This document shows, piece by piece, positions 38,897 through 49,101 of a stretch of DNA of 64,000 nt. The position numbers were made by a program, and so were the translations under genes. A model generated the notes under the pieces. The model saw nothing but the letters and a program-made list of their open reading frames with translations. It was not told where the DNA came from and did no database searches. The stretch's first letter is position 1. Each line of letters starts with the position of its first letter. Origin of the DNA: Parcubacteria group bacterium. GTDB lineage: Bacteria > Patescibacteriota > Minisyncoccia > Phycocordibacterales > UBA2100. Where the stretch lies: contig CALRGX010000001.1 in assembly GCA_943358385.1 (NCBI GenBank), forward strand, positions 66,380 to 130,379, in the 5' to 3' direction.

Positions 38897-39979
38897 CTAC
38901 CCACGCGCAATCAGTTCGTCGTGATACTGTTCTTCAAAAAGGTGCCAGAGGGCTAGGAAAAGAGCGGCAACCACGGGACCCAAGACCACTCCAGCAATAC
39001 CGAAGGTGGCGATACCACCAAGGACGGACAAAAGGATAAGAGAGTCTGGCATATTAGTGTCTTTGCCAACCAGTATCGGACGCAGAATGTTGTCGATAGT
39101 ACTGATGACCACGCTTCCTCCCAGTGCAATCACCAGTGCACCAAAAGTGTCGCCCATGTAGAAGAGGATGAGTGCCGCAGGAATCCACACGACTGCCGGT
39201 CCTGCCGCAGGAATTATTGCAAAGAGCGCAATCGCGGCGCCCCACAACGCGGCACTTTTCACACCAGCAACAGCAAACAAGATGCCTCCAATGCCACCCT
39301 GCACGAGGGCAACAATCAGCGTGCCTTTCATGACCGCGCGCACGGTGGCACTGAATCGTTCAAAAAGAAATAGCTCGCGCGTGTCTCCCAGAGGGAACAT
39401 ACGCATGAGGCGCGAGGCGATTTTTTCACCATCACGCAGGAAAAAGAAAAGGAGGTACAGCATCACCAAAATCTTTGCCAGTACATTCAATACTTCTGCG
39501 CCAACGCCCAACGCGCCCTGTGCAATCGCGCTTCCTGTGCTGCGGATGGTTTCTGCAAACGATACTTGCAACTCTGCGGGGGTCGTTTGGAGGCGGTCGA
39601 GTGCGAAAGCAACGGGAGGCAATGCCCACAGATGTTCCATTGAAAGGGTAAGGTCTTGTGTGGAGAGTGTTTGGTACACGGAAATGCTTTCTTTGGCAAC
39701 GATGCCACCCACCACACTAATCGGAGTAAAGACGGTGATGAGGGCAATCAACATGGTTGCGATTGTGGCGAGTGTGCGCATGCCGTGCATCATGCGGGTA
39801 AGGTGGTAACACAGCGGGCTAAAAACAATTGCCAAAACTACTGCCCAAATAATAGGCATCAAGTAATCTGAAATGAGGTAGAGGAATCCCGCACTAGCAC
39901 CCAGAAGTAGTCCAAAAAAAGTAGCCGTTTTTACGTAACCAAATGAAGATGCTTGCTGCATAGAGGAAGTATAGCGCAT
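38897..39979 (-). CDS. AI-2E family (PerM/UPF0118) membrane transporter
   Basis: 360 aa, 8 TM; characteristic C-terminal GP…L region. Confidence 0.65.
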   Translation of the reverse strand: MRYTSSMQQASSFGYVKTATFFGLLLGASAGFLYLISDYLMPIIWAVVLAIVFSPLCYHLTRMMHGMRTLATIATMLIALITVFTPISVVGGIVAKESISVYQTLSTQDLTLSMEHLWALPPVAFALDRLQTTPAELQVSFAETIRSTGSAIAQGALGVGAEVLNVLAKILVMLYLLFFFLRDGEKIASRLMRMFPLGDTRELFLFERFSATVRAVMKGTLIVALVQGGIGGILFAVAGVKSAALWGAAIALFAIIPAAGPAVVWIPAALILFYMGDTFGALVIALGGSVVISTIDNILRPILVGKDTNMPDSLILLSVLGGIATFGIAGVVLGPVVAALFLALWHLFEEQYHDELIARG

Positions 39980-39981
39980 CC

Positions 39982-41511
39982 CTAGTTACCCAACGTGAAG
40001 TCAGGCTGGGTTTCCATATAGCGAATAAAGTTCTCGTCGAACCACAGTGCCGTGTCGATTTCGCTTTGAGGAGGTGTGGCTGATGCGTTGGTGGGCACGG
40101 TCCGTGCAGTTTTGGTGTGAGTAAGGGGAGTGAGATATGCCAGTAGATTTTCCAAAATAGTGCGCGCCTCGCGAAGGAGTGACTGTAGGCTATAGGCGGT
40201 CGATGCGGAAATAGGTGCCGGTTCAAACGGAGTTGGTGCAAAAGTAGGGTTAACACTGTTTGGCTGTACAGGAGTTACTGTTGTCGGCGTGATGGCGGTC
40301 GGGTCGCTCGGTGGCGTGGGTGGCACCAGTCTGATCTGTGTATTGGTGAGTTCGGTAACGGTAGTGGTCGAAAGAGGGTGGGTAGTGGTTGCGGGAGGCG
40401 TGGTTGTTGGGGTGGGTATGAGTATATCTGGTGGTAGGGGTGTCACGGGAGTTATCGGAGTAGGAGTAACGACTGGTGTGGGTGCGGGTGCCACAGGTGC
40501 CGCACCTGTTTGCAGCTGATTGAATGCATTTTGCAGAGCCTGGAGCAGACCTTGATGTTGTGCCTGCCCTTGGCAACGCTGAGCATAGTTCATGCATGCT
40601 TGCGGATTGACCGGGGTACTCTTGCATTGCGCCGCCAGTTGTTCACATCCATTGCCCGCGCCGAAAAGTGCACGTGCCGCATCAGTAAAGGGATTGGTGG
40701 GTACCGCTGGGCGAGTTGAGGCGGGTGGGGTAGGCGAGGTAGGGGCTGTCGGGAATGGGGCGGGCGTATCCAATCCTCCTGTGGCACACCCTGAGGCTTC
40801 GACGTGCCAAGGATCGCTCGCTCCCGCGCCTACTTTAGAAAAAAGTTTTGCCTCACGTGCCGCATCAAGCAGCTGGTAGGTACGTGGGCAGCTCGCTTTT
40901 CCGCAGCTCTTGTCGTTGATATCAAAGGCAAGTCCTTTCACGTGTGGACACACTGCATACCAGTTCAAGTCGGTGGTACAGCTTACTTGTCTGCCACAGA
41001 CCACCGAGTTATTGGTATCGAGGCACGACGCGCGCTGGTGCGCTGGTGAGCGTAATCCTGCATTGATGCAAGGTTGGTAGCCCTTCTTCTCTGCTTCTTG
41101 GAAAAAGTTTGCAAAGCAGCGCAGTACGCCCGGATTGGTCCCCGAGCGGCCATCTGTTTGCGTGGTGTAGTTGAAATACACATATCCTTCTTTGATTTTG
41201 TACCACTCTTTTGGGTCGATACTTTTTTCATTGAACCCTGGAGGAAAACCAAACTGTTTTCCATCACACATTTTCGTCGATAAGTACTGGATTGCCGCGT
41301 ACGTTTCATCAGGCTTGAGTTTGGCGATGGTGCTCGGATCGATACAGCGGCCGCGCACGATGGGCCCCATCACAGCTATGTCAGCCGCGGTTGCTTCTCG
41401 TCCACCGGGAGGGCAATCGAGTGCGTGTGCATGAGACGGTGAGAACGATAGCGTGGCGAGAAAAAAGAAAACGGTAACAAGGTGTATGTGCGCTTTGGCG
41501 CGAAAAGGCAT
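39982..41511 (-). CDS. secreted peptidase M15 (D-Ala-D-Ala carboxypeptidase/VanY-like) with long Pro/Thr-rich tail
   Basis: signal peptide; Zn-binding H..G.A.D (CPHVKGLAFDIND); about 150-aa PT-rich low-complexity region. Confidence 0.6.
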   Translation of the reverse strand: MPFRAKAHIHLVTVFFFLATLSFSPSHAHALDCPPGGREATAADIAVMGPIVRGRCIDPSTIAKLKPDETYAAIQYLSTKMCDGKQFGFPPGFNEKSIDPKEWYKIKEGYVYFNYTTQTDGRSGTNPGVLRCFANFFQEAEKKGYQPCINAGLRSPAHQRASCLDTNNSVVCGRQVSCTTDLNWYAVCPHVKGLAFDINDKSCGKASCPRTYQLLDAAREAKLFSKVGAGASDPWHVEASGCATGGLDTPAPFPTAPTSPTPPASTRPAVPTNPFTDAARALFGAGNGCEQLAAQCKSTPVNPQACMNYAQRCQGQAQHQGLLQALQNAFNQLQTGAAPVAPAPTPVVTPTPITPVTPLPPDILIPTPTTTPPATTTHPLSTTTVTELTNTQIRLVPPTPPSDPTAITPTTVTPVQPNSVNPTFAPTPFEPAPISASTAYSLQSLLREARTILENLLAYLTPLTHTKTARTVPTNASATPPQSEIDTALWFDENFIRYMETQPDFTLGN

Positions 41512-41575
41512 GACACCAGTATATCAAGCACGCGCCCAAAAGGGCGCGTGCTTGAGGTACACAGGGTACGATGTG

Positions 41576-42256
41576 TTACTTCTGCTGCATGTTGGCGCGG
41601 TGTCCCATGCTGCCCATTCCTTTACCGTGTCGTCCGGGGGTGATACCCAGTTCGTTCATGATTGCTTTGGCTGCTTCGCGATCACCGCTTTCCATAAGTC
41701 GGTGCGCTTCAGCAAACTGAGCAAAATTTTCTGCAGTCACTTCGCTTTCGAAGGGTGATCCAGCGACCGCAGCTTTGAACGCGGCGAAGCCCTTGTTCTG
41801 CAGTGCCACGCGCACCGCTTCATGTGTCGCACGATGGTTCTGCATGTCAGCTATGCGTGCGTCGGCTTGCGCTTGGGTAAGCTTTCCGCTTTGCACTGAC
41901 TGTGCCAAACGTTCACGCATGGCTACTTCACGCGCCGATTCCATGTCCTCACGTGTAATGCCTGCAGCAGCGAGCATCTCTTTTGGGTTTTCACCGTTTT
42001 GGATGCGCGTGCGGAATTCATCTTGAGTAAGGCCCAAGAGTTGTGCCTCGACAGCGCCATGGCCGCGACCTCCTTGCCCCATGTGGCTGCGCACCTTTCC
42101 TTGCAATGCGGTCGTATCTACCGCCGCATACGCCGTACCCGATGCGGCAAGTCCTGCTAAGAGCAACCCCGCAACAATGTAGTGTTTATTCATATGTTCT
42201 TTGTTAGTGAAACCAGTAATGCAGAGATAGCGCAAGCCACTACGAATCGAGACCAC
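41576..42256 (-). CDS. secreted hypothetical protein (226 aa)
   Basis: signal peptide MNKHYIVAGLLLAGLAASGTAYA; helical A/E/R-rich. Confidence 0.5.
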   Translation of the reverse strand: MVSIRSGLRYLCITGFTNKEHMNKHYIVAGLLLAGLAASGTAYAAVDTTALQGKVRSHMGQGGRGHGAVEAQLLGLTQDEFRTRIQNGENPKEMLAAAGITREDMESAREVAMRERLAQSVQSGKLTQAQADARIADMQNHRATHEAVRVALQNKGFAAFKAAVAGSPFESEVTAENFAQFAEAHRLMESGDREAAKAIMNELGITPGRHGKGMGSMGHRANMQQK

Positions 42257-42355
42257 GTGTGAGCGCCCTTACAGGGGGAATGTGTTGCTCTCGATGTCTC
42301 TCGTGGCCGCGAGCGTCCCCGCACTACTAACTACACCAGCGGATAGGGAAGTATT

Positions 42356-43093
42356 TCAACGTGTCGATGTTTCGAGCGACGGTAGTCCTTTGAAACCTCG
42401 TTTGGGAAAGAGTACTCGCTCTTTATTGAGTGGTCGTATGCCGAAAGCGGCGATACTCCCATCCACCAGTTCTCCAAACACAACCACCGTGTCGCCGATG
42501 CTGAGCGACGGTGGGCGGCGGGTCTCTTTGTTCATGATAATTACGGTAGTTGAGCCGGTGCGTGTTTCGATGACGAAACGCTCGCCAATCTCGATAATTT
42601 CGCCTACATGAATGTTAGGGCGCTCATGCAAGGCGCCTTCATAAAAGCGGGCACCCAGTGGCGGTAGTTTGCCTTCGCGACCCATGCGAAACATGCGTTC
42701 ATGGAGTGTGGTGTGTGCTACAAGGCTCGCGCCAACAATGGTGATCGACAAGACCGCCAGTGCTGAGTACAGAACGGGGCGTCGATATACAACCGCAAAG
42801 TGCATCCCCAAAATTTCAATAGTGGCGATGAGCATCATAATCGCGAGCCCTATGAGCCATGGCAGAGAGAAGAGAAGCGGCAATATGCCGTGCATGCCCA
42901 GGCTTGGTGCCGCCAACAGACCATTGCCTCGCAGCATGAATATTGCGAAGCTGAGAAGGAAAAGGGCCACTGCAAATGATAGAAGAATGGCGATGAGCCA
43001 CAAAGCGGTATGAGTGAGGAAAAAGAGCCGTGAGCGCATGCGCACCTGGTCGGTTTTGATGGCGCCCATAATGTGCTCTTTCAGATGCTTCAT
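42356..43093 (-). CDS. membrane protein, probable anti-sigma factor partner of upstream ECF sigma
   Basis: start overlaps sigma-factor stop (ATGA); 3-4 TM helices. Confidence 0.5.
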   Translation of the reverse strand: MKHLKEHIMGAIKTDQVRMRSRLFFLTHTALWLIAILLSFAVALFLLSFAIFMLRGNGLLAAPSLGMHGILPLLFSLPWLIGLAIMMLIATIEILGMHFAVVYRRPVLYSALAVLSITIVGASLVAHTTLHERMFRMGREGKLPPLGARFYEGALHERPNIHVGEIIEIGERFVIETRTGSTTVIIMNKETRRPPSLSIGDTVVVFGELVDGSIAAFGIRPLNKERVLFPKRGFKGLPSLETSTR

Positions 43094-43749
43094 ATAAGTG
43101 GTGGCATTATTTTTTTAAGTGCTGCTCTTGCGCGTGCCAGTCGAACACCGACGGTTGCTTTTGGTATTTGAAGGATGGCGGCGATATCTTCATAGCTCTT
43201 CTCTTCGTAATAAAAAAGCACAATGGCCTCGCGATACTTCGGGTCCAGTGTCGCAATAAAAGGCGCCATATCAACTACATCAGGCATATCTGGTTGTGTC
43301 TCGTCTGGGATGCCAGCGGGGAAGAAGGTATCCAAATCAACGAACCGGACTTTTTCTCGACCACGGCTGCGGATGAGATTTACATATACGTTGTGTGCAA
43401 CGCGATAAAGCCACGGCGAGAAGCGCTCGGTGCTGCGGTAGCTCTGAATGCGCTCGTAGGCGCGCAGAAACACATCCTGCACGGCATCCTCCCGGTCTTC
43501 GTAATGCGAAAGAAAACGCTGTGCGTACCTGCTCATTTTCGGTTCGTATCTATCAACGAGGACGCCAAAAGCTTCCGTATCGCCCTGTTGTACTCGGGCA
43601 GCTACCAGTTCGTCTGATTCAGATTCCATACAGGTAGCGTTGATACTACGGCTAGTACACGCCCGGTCAAGGAAATATTTCATGGTGGCTTCATGATTAA
43701 AGGGGTGGGGCTGCGATGCATGAAATAAAGAGCCTGTCGCGGTGTACAA
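43090..43749 (-). CDS. ECF-family RNA polymerase sigma factor (true start probably internal, M23 or M41)
   Basis: region 2 DAVQDVFLRAYERIQSY…FSPWLYRVAHN, region 4 YREAIVLFYYEEKSYEDIAAILQIPKATVGVRLARAR. Confidence 0.8.
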   Translation of the reverse strand: MYTATGSLFHASQPHPFNHEATMKYFLDRACTSRSINATCMESESDELVAARVQQGDTEAFGVLVDRYEPKMSRYAQRFLSHYEDREDAVQDVFLRAYERIQSYRSTERFSPWLYRVAHNVYVNLIRSRGREKVRFVDLDTFFPAGIPDETQPDMPDVVDMAPFIATLDPKYREAIVLFYYEEKSYEDIAAILQIPKATVGVRLARARAALKKIMPPLI

Positions 43750-43761
43750 TATAAGACGTCT

Positions 43762-45666
43762 ATGGCGAAAACCCTGCGCTGGTCACCAAACGCGATGCCT
43801 CGCATGAGCGGGCTGTATGGCTATGTGCGTACACATAAAATGTATGTCGTAGGGGCGCTCATGGTGGCGGGTGTCGCCGCATATGGTGCGTACAGTTACT
43901 GGGGGACGACACCCACTGAAACTCGCTACATTCCGTATGCGGTGCGCATGACCGATATAGAAAGCACGGTCTCAGGCTCCGGCCAGCTCTCAGCTTCCAA
44001 TCAAATTGACTTAAAAACAAAAGTGAGTGGGGAAGTGGTTTATGTTGGGGTGAAAGCGGGGGACAGCGTGCGCGCTGGAGCAACCCTGGTGCAGTTGGAT
44101 ACCCGCAGTGCGCAAAAATCGGTTCGCGATGCGGAGGCAAATCTACAGAGCGCTAAACTGTCGTTGCAGAAATTAGAGCAGCCCCCAACAAACCTCGAGA
44201 TACTTCAGGCGGAAAATGCAGTTGCACAGGCAGTGCAAGGAAAAGCAGATGCAGTAGAAAATCTCGCCAGTTCATATGAGAGCGGTTTCAATACGACAGC
44301 GGATGCATTTCTAGACCTGCCCACCATCATGGCCGGCCTCAACACGGTACTCTATGGACACACAGTCAATACGTCGCAAGACAATATCAATGCCTATCGC
44401 GAGCTGGTACGTGATAAAGACCCCGGCATTATCGAACTCTCAGAAACAGTGATTGCCTCGTATCAAGATGCACGTGATTCCTACGATGCAGTCTTCGACA
44501 CATACAGTAGCTTGAGCCGCACGTCGTCGACAGCTGATATTGAGCGCCTCATTAAAGAAAGCTACAGCGCGACGCGTGATATTGCGGAAGCGGTGAAGCG
44601 AACGGCTGATTTTTTGAATCATGTCAACGATGTGGCAACGACGTACGACAAGACTATTCCAAGCGCGTACACCACACATAAGAGCAGTCTTGATTCCTAC
44701 ACGAGCACGATGAGTGCTCATGTCACCAATCTTCTCACTGCAAAAAACGCCATCGAAAGCGCGCGCGTGGCCATTACCACGAGCGAACGCACGCTTGCCG
44801 AACGACAGGCATCGCTCGTTGATCTGAAGTCAGGAAGCGACACTATCGATCTGGAATCACAGCGTATTAGTGTACGGCAGAGAGAAAATGCGCTACGAGA
44901 TGCAAAAGAAACATTGGCCGACTACTATGTGCGCGCGCCTTTTGATGGAGTCATGGCCACCCTCGATGTCCAAAAAGGAGAAAGTGTTTCTGGGACCATT
45001 GGGACGTTCATCACCAAAAGTGCCGTTGCTGAAGTAACCTTAAACGAAGTTGATGTGGCGCAAGTGGCGGTAGGTCAAGTGGCGACGCTCACTTTCGACG
45101 CGCTCGAAGATGTCGAGCTGACGGGTGAAGTGCTCTCTATCGATCCGGTGGGGACGGTTACGCAAGGTGTGGTTTCCTACGGAGTGAAAATTGGTTTTAA
45201 AGCAGGAGACGCGCGCATCAAGCCAGGGATGAGTGTGAGTGCCACCATTGTGATTGCGTCAAGAAAAGACGTACTAACGGTCCCATTGGCAGCGGTGAAG
45301 AGCGATCGCACCGGCTCGTACGTGGACGTGCTTGATGGAGTAGACGTGCCGGCTTTTCCAGTACGAAATAGCGCATCAACCTCGCCAGATAGAAACGCAG
45401 AAAAAACAGTGCCTGAGCGCAGTACGATATTTACTGAAGGTGTAGTACCTGCCAGTGCGCCCCGAAAAGTATCCGTCGAAACTGGCATTGCAAACGACAC
45501 TATGGTCGAAATCGTCTCAGGGCTCGCCGCGGGCGACATCATTGTATCCAGAACAATTACTGACGCTGGTGTTACAACGGCGGGAGCACCACAGACATCA
45601 CTCTTCCCAACACCCGGGGGTAACCGCCAAGGAGGGCAGCGTACTAACGGTGCTATACCACGCTAG
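43762..45666 (+). CDS. HlyD/MacA-type periplasmic adaptor (membrane fusion protein)
   Basis: N-terminal TM, long coiled-coil, beta-barrel C-terminal region; followed by macB-like genes. Confidence 0.7.
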   Translation: MAKTLRWSPNAMPRMSGLYGYVRTHKMYVVGALMVAGVAAYGAYSYWGTTPTETRYIPYAVRMTDIESTVSGSGQLSASNQIDLKTKVSGEVVYVGVKAGDSVRAGATLVQLDTRSAQKSVRDAEANLQSAKLSLQKLEQPPTNLEILQAENAVAQAVQGKADAVENLASSYESGFNTTADAFLDLPTIMAGLNTVLYGHTVNTSQDNINAYRELVRDKDPGIIELSETVIASYQDARDSYDAVFDTYSSLSRTSSTADIERLIKESYSATRDIAEAVKRTADFLNHVNDVATTYDKTIPSAYTTHKSSLDSYTSTMSAHVTNLLTAKNAIESARVAITTSERTLAERQASLVDLKSGSDTIDLESQRISVRQRENALRDAKETLADYYVRAPFDGVMATLDVQKGESVSGTIGTFITKSAVAEVTLNEVDVAQVAVGQVATLTFDALEDVELTGEVLSIDPVGTVTQGVVSYGVKIGFKAGDARIKPGMSVSATIVIASRKDVLTVPLAAVKSDRTGSYVDVLDGVDVPAFPVRNSASTSPDRNAEKTVPERSTIFTEGVVPASAPRKVSVETGIANDTMVEIVSGLAAGDIIVSRTITDAGVTTAGAPQTSLFPTPGGNRQGGQRTNGAIPR

Positions 45667-45669
45667 CGT

Positions 45670-46371
45670 GTGATCGAGCTAAAAAACATAACGAAGACGT
45701 ACCAGATGGGTGACGTCGAAACCGAAGTCCTCAAGGGTATTTCTTTTACTATTCAAAAAGGTGAATTTGTCGCCATTATGGGGCCGTCAGGCTCAGGCAA
45801 ATCAACGCTCATGCATATTATTGGTGCCCTTGATACGCCAACGTCTGGTACCTACACGCTTGATAAAAAAGACATTAGTGCGATGACCGATGACGAATTG
45901 GCAAACATTCGCGCCAATACCATCGGTTTTGTATTTCAAGCATTCAATCTCTTGCCGCGGGCAACGGTATTGAGAAATGTTCTGCTGCCCTTGGTATATG
46001 CTGAAATGGGAGATGCAGAGCGCATACATCGCGCAGAGCAGGCGCTGCGCGCGGTTGCCATGCCTGAAGATCGCTGGCTGCACCATAGCAACGAAATTTC
46101 AGGTGGGCAGAAGCAACGCGTCGCGATTGCGCGAGCGCTCGTGAATAATCCAAAGCTTATTTTGGCAGACGAACCTACGGGAAACCTCGATACCAAAACA
46201 GGGGAGATTGTGCTCGCGACATTTCGTGAACTCAATGAGGAATCGGGCCACACCATTATTTTGATTACGCATGAGCGCGACGTGGCAGAACACGCAGACC
46301 GAATCATACACATCAGAGATGGCTCAATAGAAAAAGATGATGTGTTGCGTACCCGTCATAAAAAGCACTAA
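45670..46371 (+). CDS. ABC transporter ATP-binding protein, MacB/LolD family
   Basis: [35 protein letters not shown]. Confidence 0.9.
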   Translation: MIELKNITKTYQMGDVETEVLKGISFTIQKGEFVAIMGPSGSGKSTLMHIIGALDTPTSGTYTLDKKDISAMTDDELANIRANTIGFVFQAFNLLPRATVLRNVLLPLVYAEMGDAERIHRAEQALRAVAMPEDRWLHHSNEISGGQKQRVAIARALVNNPKLILADEPTGNLDTKTGEIVLATFRELNEESGHTIILITHERDVAEHADRIIHIRDGSIEKDDVLRTRHKKH

Positions 46372-46372
46372 T

Positions 46373-47596
46373 ATGAAGTGGCAAGATATCGTCAAAGAAT
46401 CAGTCGGAGCACTTGCGGTAAACAAAACGCGGTCACTCCTCACCATGCTCGGTATCGTGATTGGTATCGGTTCCGTGATTGGTATGGTGGCGTTGGGGCA
46501 AGGGGCACAAAACACGATTCAGGCAAATATTCAGAGCATCGGCTCTAACCTATTGATTGTGCGGCCTGGGTCCCAGCAAGGGCCAGGGAACCCACTCCGT
46601 GGTGGGGTAGGGTCGGCAACCACGCTGACCCTAGATGACGCCGAGGCGATTGAAGAACAAGTGCAGGGAATTTCTGGTGTGGCGCCGGAAGTATCAAGTA
46701 GGCAGCAGGTAACTGCGCGTGGTACCAACACAAACACCTCCATAACAGGCGTTACCGAAATCTATTCTGCAGTGCGCAACATTGCTGTTACCGAAGGGGT
46801 ATTTATATCGAGTCAGCACCTCAGCCGTGCGGCAAAGGTGGCTATTCTGGGGCCTACGGTGCGCACGGACTTATTCGGGGAAGGTGTTGATGTGCTGGGG
46901 CAGAAAGTTCGTATCAATAAAACGGACTACACCATTATTGGAGTGACGGTTGCGAAAGGTGGAGGAGGTTTCGGCAGCTCGGATGATGCTATTTACATCC
47001 CGCTCACCACTGCCCAGCGCTACCTCACGGGAAACGACAAGGTGAGCGTGATCAACGTGGCCGCTGCTGAAGCGGGCTCGATGACCACCATTCAGGCCGA
47101 CATAACGACCGTCCTGTTGGACACGCATCATATAAATGATCCTGCATCAGCTGACTTTTCAGTATTTAATCAGGCCGACATTGTGGCAACGGCGAGCTCT
47201 ATCACACAAACATTCACTATTTTGCTCGGCGCTGTGGCGGGCATCTCACTGTTGGTAGGCGGCATTGGCATTATGAACATGATGCTCACTTCGGTTACCG
47301 AACGTACACGCGAGATTGGATTGCGCAAAGCAATAGGCGCTAAGAATAAAGACATCAGTAGGCAATTTTTACTTGAGGCTGTGCTCCTTACCTTGGTCGG
47401 TGGCATCTTGGGCATTCTCCTGGGTTGGAGCATTGCACTGATTGCTAACAAACTCGCCAACATCGCCGCCAGTGTCTCTCTCTTCTCTATCATGTTGGCG
47501 GTGAGTGTATCCACCATTATCGGCATTGTGTTTGGCTACTACCCGGCACGCAAAGCAGCGCATCTGAACCCCATTGATGCCTTGCGCTACGAATAG
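46373..47596 (+). CDS. ABC transporter permease, FtsX/MacB family
   Basis: start MKWQDIVKES after macB stop; 4 TM + large periplasmic domain. Confidence 0.85.
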   Translation: MKWQDIVKESVGALAVNKTRSLLTMLGIVIGIGSVIGMVALGQGAQNTIQANIQSIGSNLLIVRPGSQQGPGNPLRGGVGSATTLTLDDAEAIEEQVQGISGVAPEVSSRQQVTARGTNTNTSITGVTEIYSAVRNIAVTEGVFISSQHLSRAAKVAILGPTVRTDLFGEGVDVLGQKVRINKTDYTIIGVTVAKGGGGFGSSDDAIYIPLTTAQRYLTGNDKVSVINVAAAEAGSMTTIQADITTVLLDTHHINDPASADFSVFNQADIVATASSITQTFTILLGAVAGISLLVGGIGIMNMMLTSVTERTREIGLRKAIGAKNKDISRQFLLEAVLLTLVGGILGILLGWSIALIANKLANIAASVSLFSIMLAVSVSTIIGIVFGYYPARKAAHLNPIDALRYE

Positions 47597-48600
47597 CGCG
47601 ACGTTGTGCGGATTACGCTACCGCGCACCTTTTCCCACAGCAGTGGTAAGTAGATCAACAACTGCCCCACCACGGGGAGGTCGTACAGTAATCTTTTTAT
47701 TGATTGGTCGCCCAGGAAAGGGGAATGGAAAAACATGACGATGACGAGTATGAGAAGTGGGTTAAATTCAATACCCATCACCATGAATGTGCCAATGTGG
47801 AAGACGAGGAGAAGCACAGCCCAGACTTTCTGGAGAGACATACGCACCATAACCCACAGTGAAAAAAACTGGATGAATTGAATCGCCACGTACGGAAACC
47901 AGCCCCATTCAGGGTGAGCAATGATAAACGGTGCAAGCACTGCCTCACGCTGGAGTTTTGGAATCCAATCTGCAATTTGATACGCAAATGCATGCATAGA
48001 AAATCCATGTATCTCTCCGGCAAGGTACTGCATCGCGGTGCCCAGGAGTTTGTGGAATCCCGCCATGGTGTACATAAGCATCATGATGGCCTGTGCAGCC
48101 CATACGTAGAGGAGGAAGGTTCGGCGTGTGTCGCGAGATGCATCGTGCTGGTGCCAGAGGTTGGGTAAGAACACAAAAAAAGCGGCGACGTACACCCACA
48201 GGTACCATTGATGATTGGGGCCACCAAAAGAACTCTCTAGCGCGTGTGCTTGCCAGAAGGCAAAAAATACCAAGAGGCGTCCGATGCGATAAGGGTGCGC
48301 GAGGACACCGATGAGAGTGCAGATGACGAACGCAAAGCGCACAATGTTGTACGTTGCTTCGTAGGAAAGATCGAACTGTTGTACCCACCACAGTGGCCAG
48401 ATGGGGTCAAAGTTTTGTTTGGTTGCCCACATGCCCGTGAAAAAGAGGAATGCGCCAAACGGGGCAAGGTAGTAGAAGTAAGACACCAAGGTGCGCGCTT
48501 TTTCCATCACTGCATCGTCTGCGGCAAATAGTGTGAGAGAAGGGAAGCGAATGGTGTTCGCCACTCTTCCTACATACTGCAGTATCAGTGGATGCATCAT
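47587..48600 (-). CDS. polytopic membrane protein (start probably MMHPLILQ)
   Basis: ORF 47587..48657; many aromatic-rich TM helices. Confidence 0.45.
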   Translation of the reverse strand: MMHPLILQYVGRVANTIRFPSLTLFAADDAVMEKARTLVSYFYYLAPFGAFLFFTGMWATKQNFDPIWPLWWVQQFDLSYEATYNIVRFAFVICTLIGVLAHPYRIGRLLVFFAFWQAHALESSFGGPNHQWYLWVYVAAFFVFLPNLWHQHDASRDTRRTFLLYVWAAQAIMMLMYTMAGFHKLLGTAMQYLAGEIHGFSMHAFAYQIADWIPKLQREAVLAPFIIAHPEWGWFPYVAIQFIQFFSLWVMVRMSLQKVWAVLLLVFHIGTFMVMGIEFNPLLILVIVMFFHSPFLGDQSIKRLLYDLPVVGQLLIYLPLLWEKVRGSVIRTTSRYS

Positions 48601-49061
48601 AGGCCGCTCGTGAATACACCGAGAGAAGTGGTCGAAATAAAGGACTGGTGCTGCCAATATTCGAGAGGATCATAGCGCACGCGCAAAAGATCATACGTAA
48701 ACGCCGCGTTTCCAAACATGTGCTCGAAGCGCTTTTTTTCGCGAGTGAAACGTTCAGTGTCACCACGGTCGAGTGCCATACCCATGTTTTCAATCATGGG
48801 AGTGTACTGTGTGGGGGACTGCCCAAGAAGCTCGAACAGTTGGCGGCTCTCATCAAACCTGAGTGCTGGGGTGTAGGTGTTCACGCCCAGGCGCGAAATA
48901 GCCACCGTATAGGTGGTCTTCTCGTTGGGAATGGTAGAGAAGAGAGACCATGAAAAGACGGGATAGCGTTCGTTCCCATAAAAGTAGTTGTCGTAGAGGC
49001 CAATACAGAAATAGAGGGCCAGTACGATGAGAATGATGCGCTTCTGTGCCTCGTACGTCAT
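48597..49061 (-). CDS. membrane-anchored hypothetical protein
   Basis: ORF 48597..49196 trimmed to MTYEAQKRIILIVLALYF to avoid overlap with SulP 3' end. Confidence 0.4.
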   Translation of the reverse strand: MTYEAQKRIILIVLALYFCIGLYDNYFYGNERYPVFSWSLFSTIPNEKTTYTVAISRLGVNTYTPALRFDESRQLFELLGQSPTQYTPMIENMGMALDRGDTERFTREKKRFEHMFGNAAFTYDLLRVRYDPLEYWQHQSFISTTSLGVFTSGL

Positions 49062-49101
49062 GCGAGGGAATATAGCACCTGCTGATTGTGCATGCATTGA
49101 G

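Noticed and set aside
40250-40880. Plus-strand ORFs (76-125 aa) inside the Pro/Thr-rich part of the M15 peptidase gene
   Set aside because: Artifacts of the repetitive GC-rich sequence encoding the PT linker on the minus strand.
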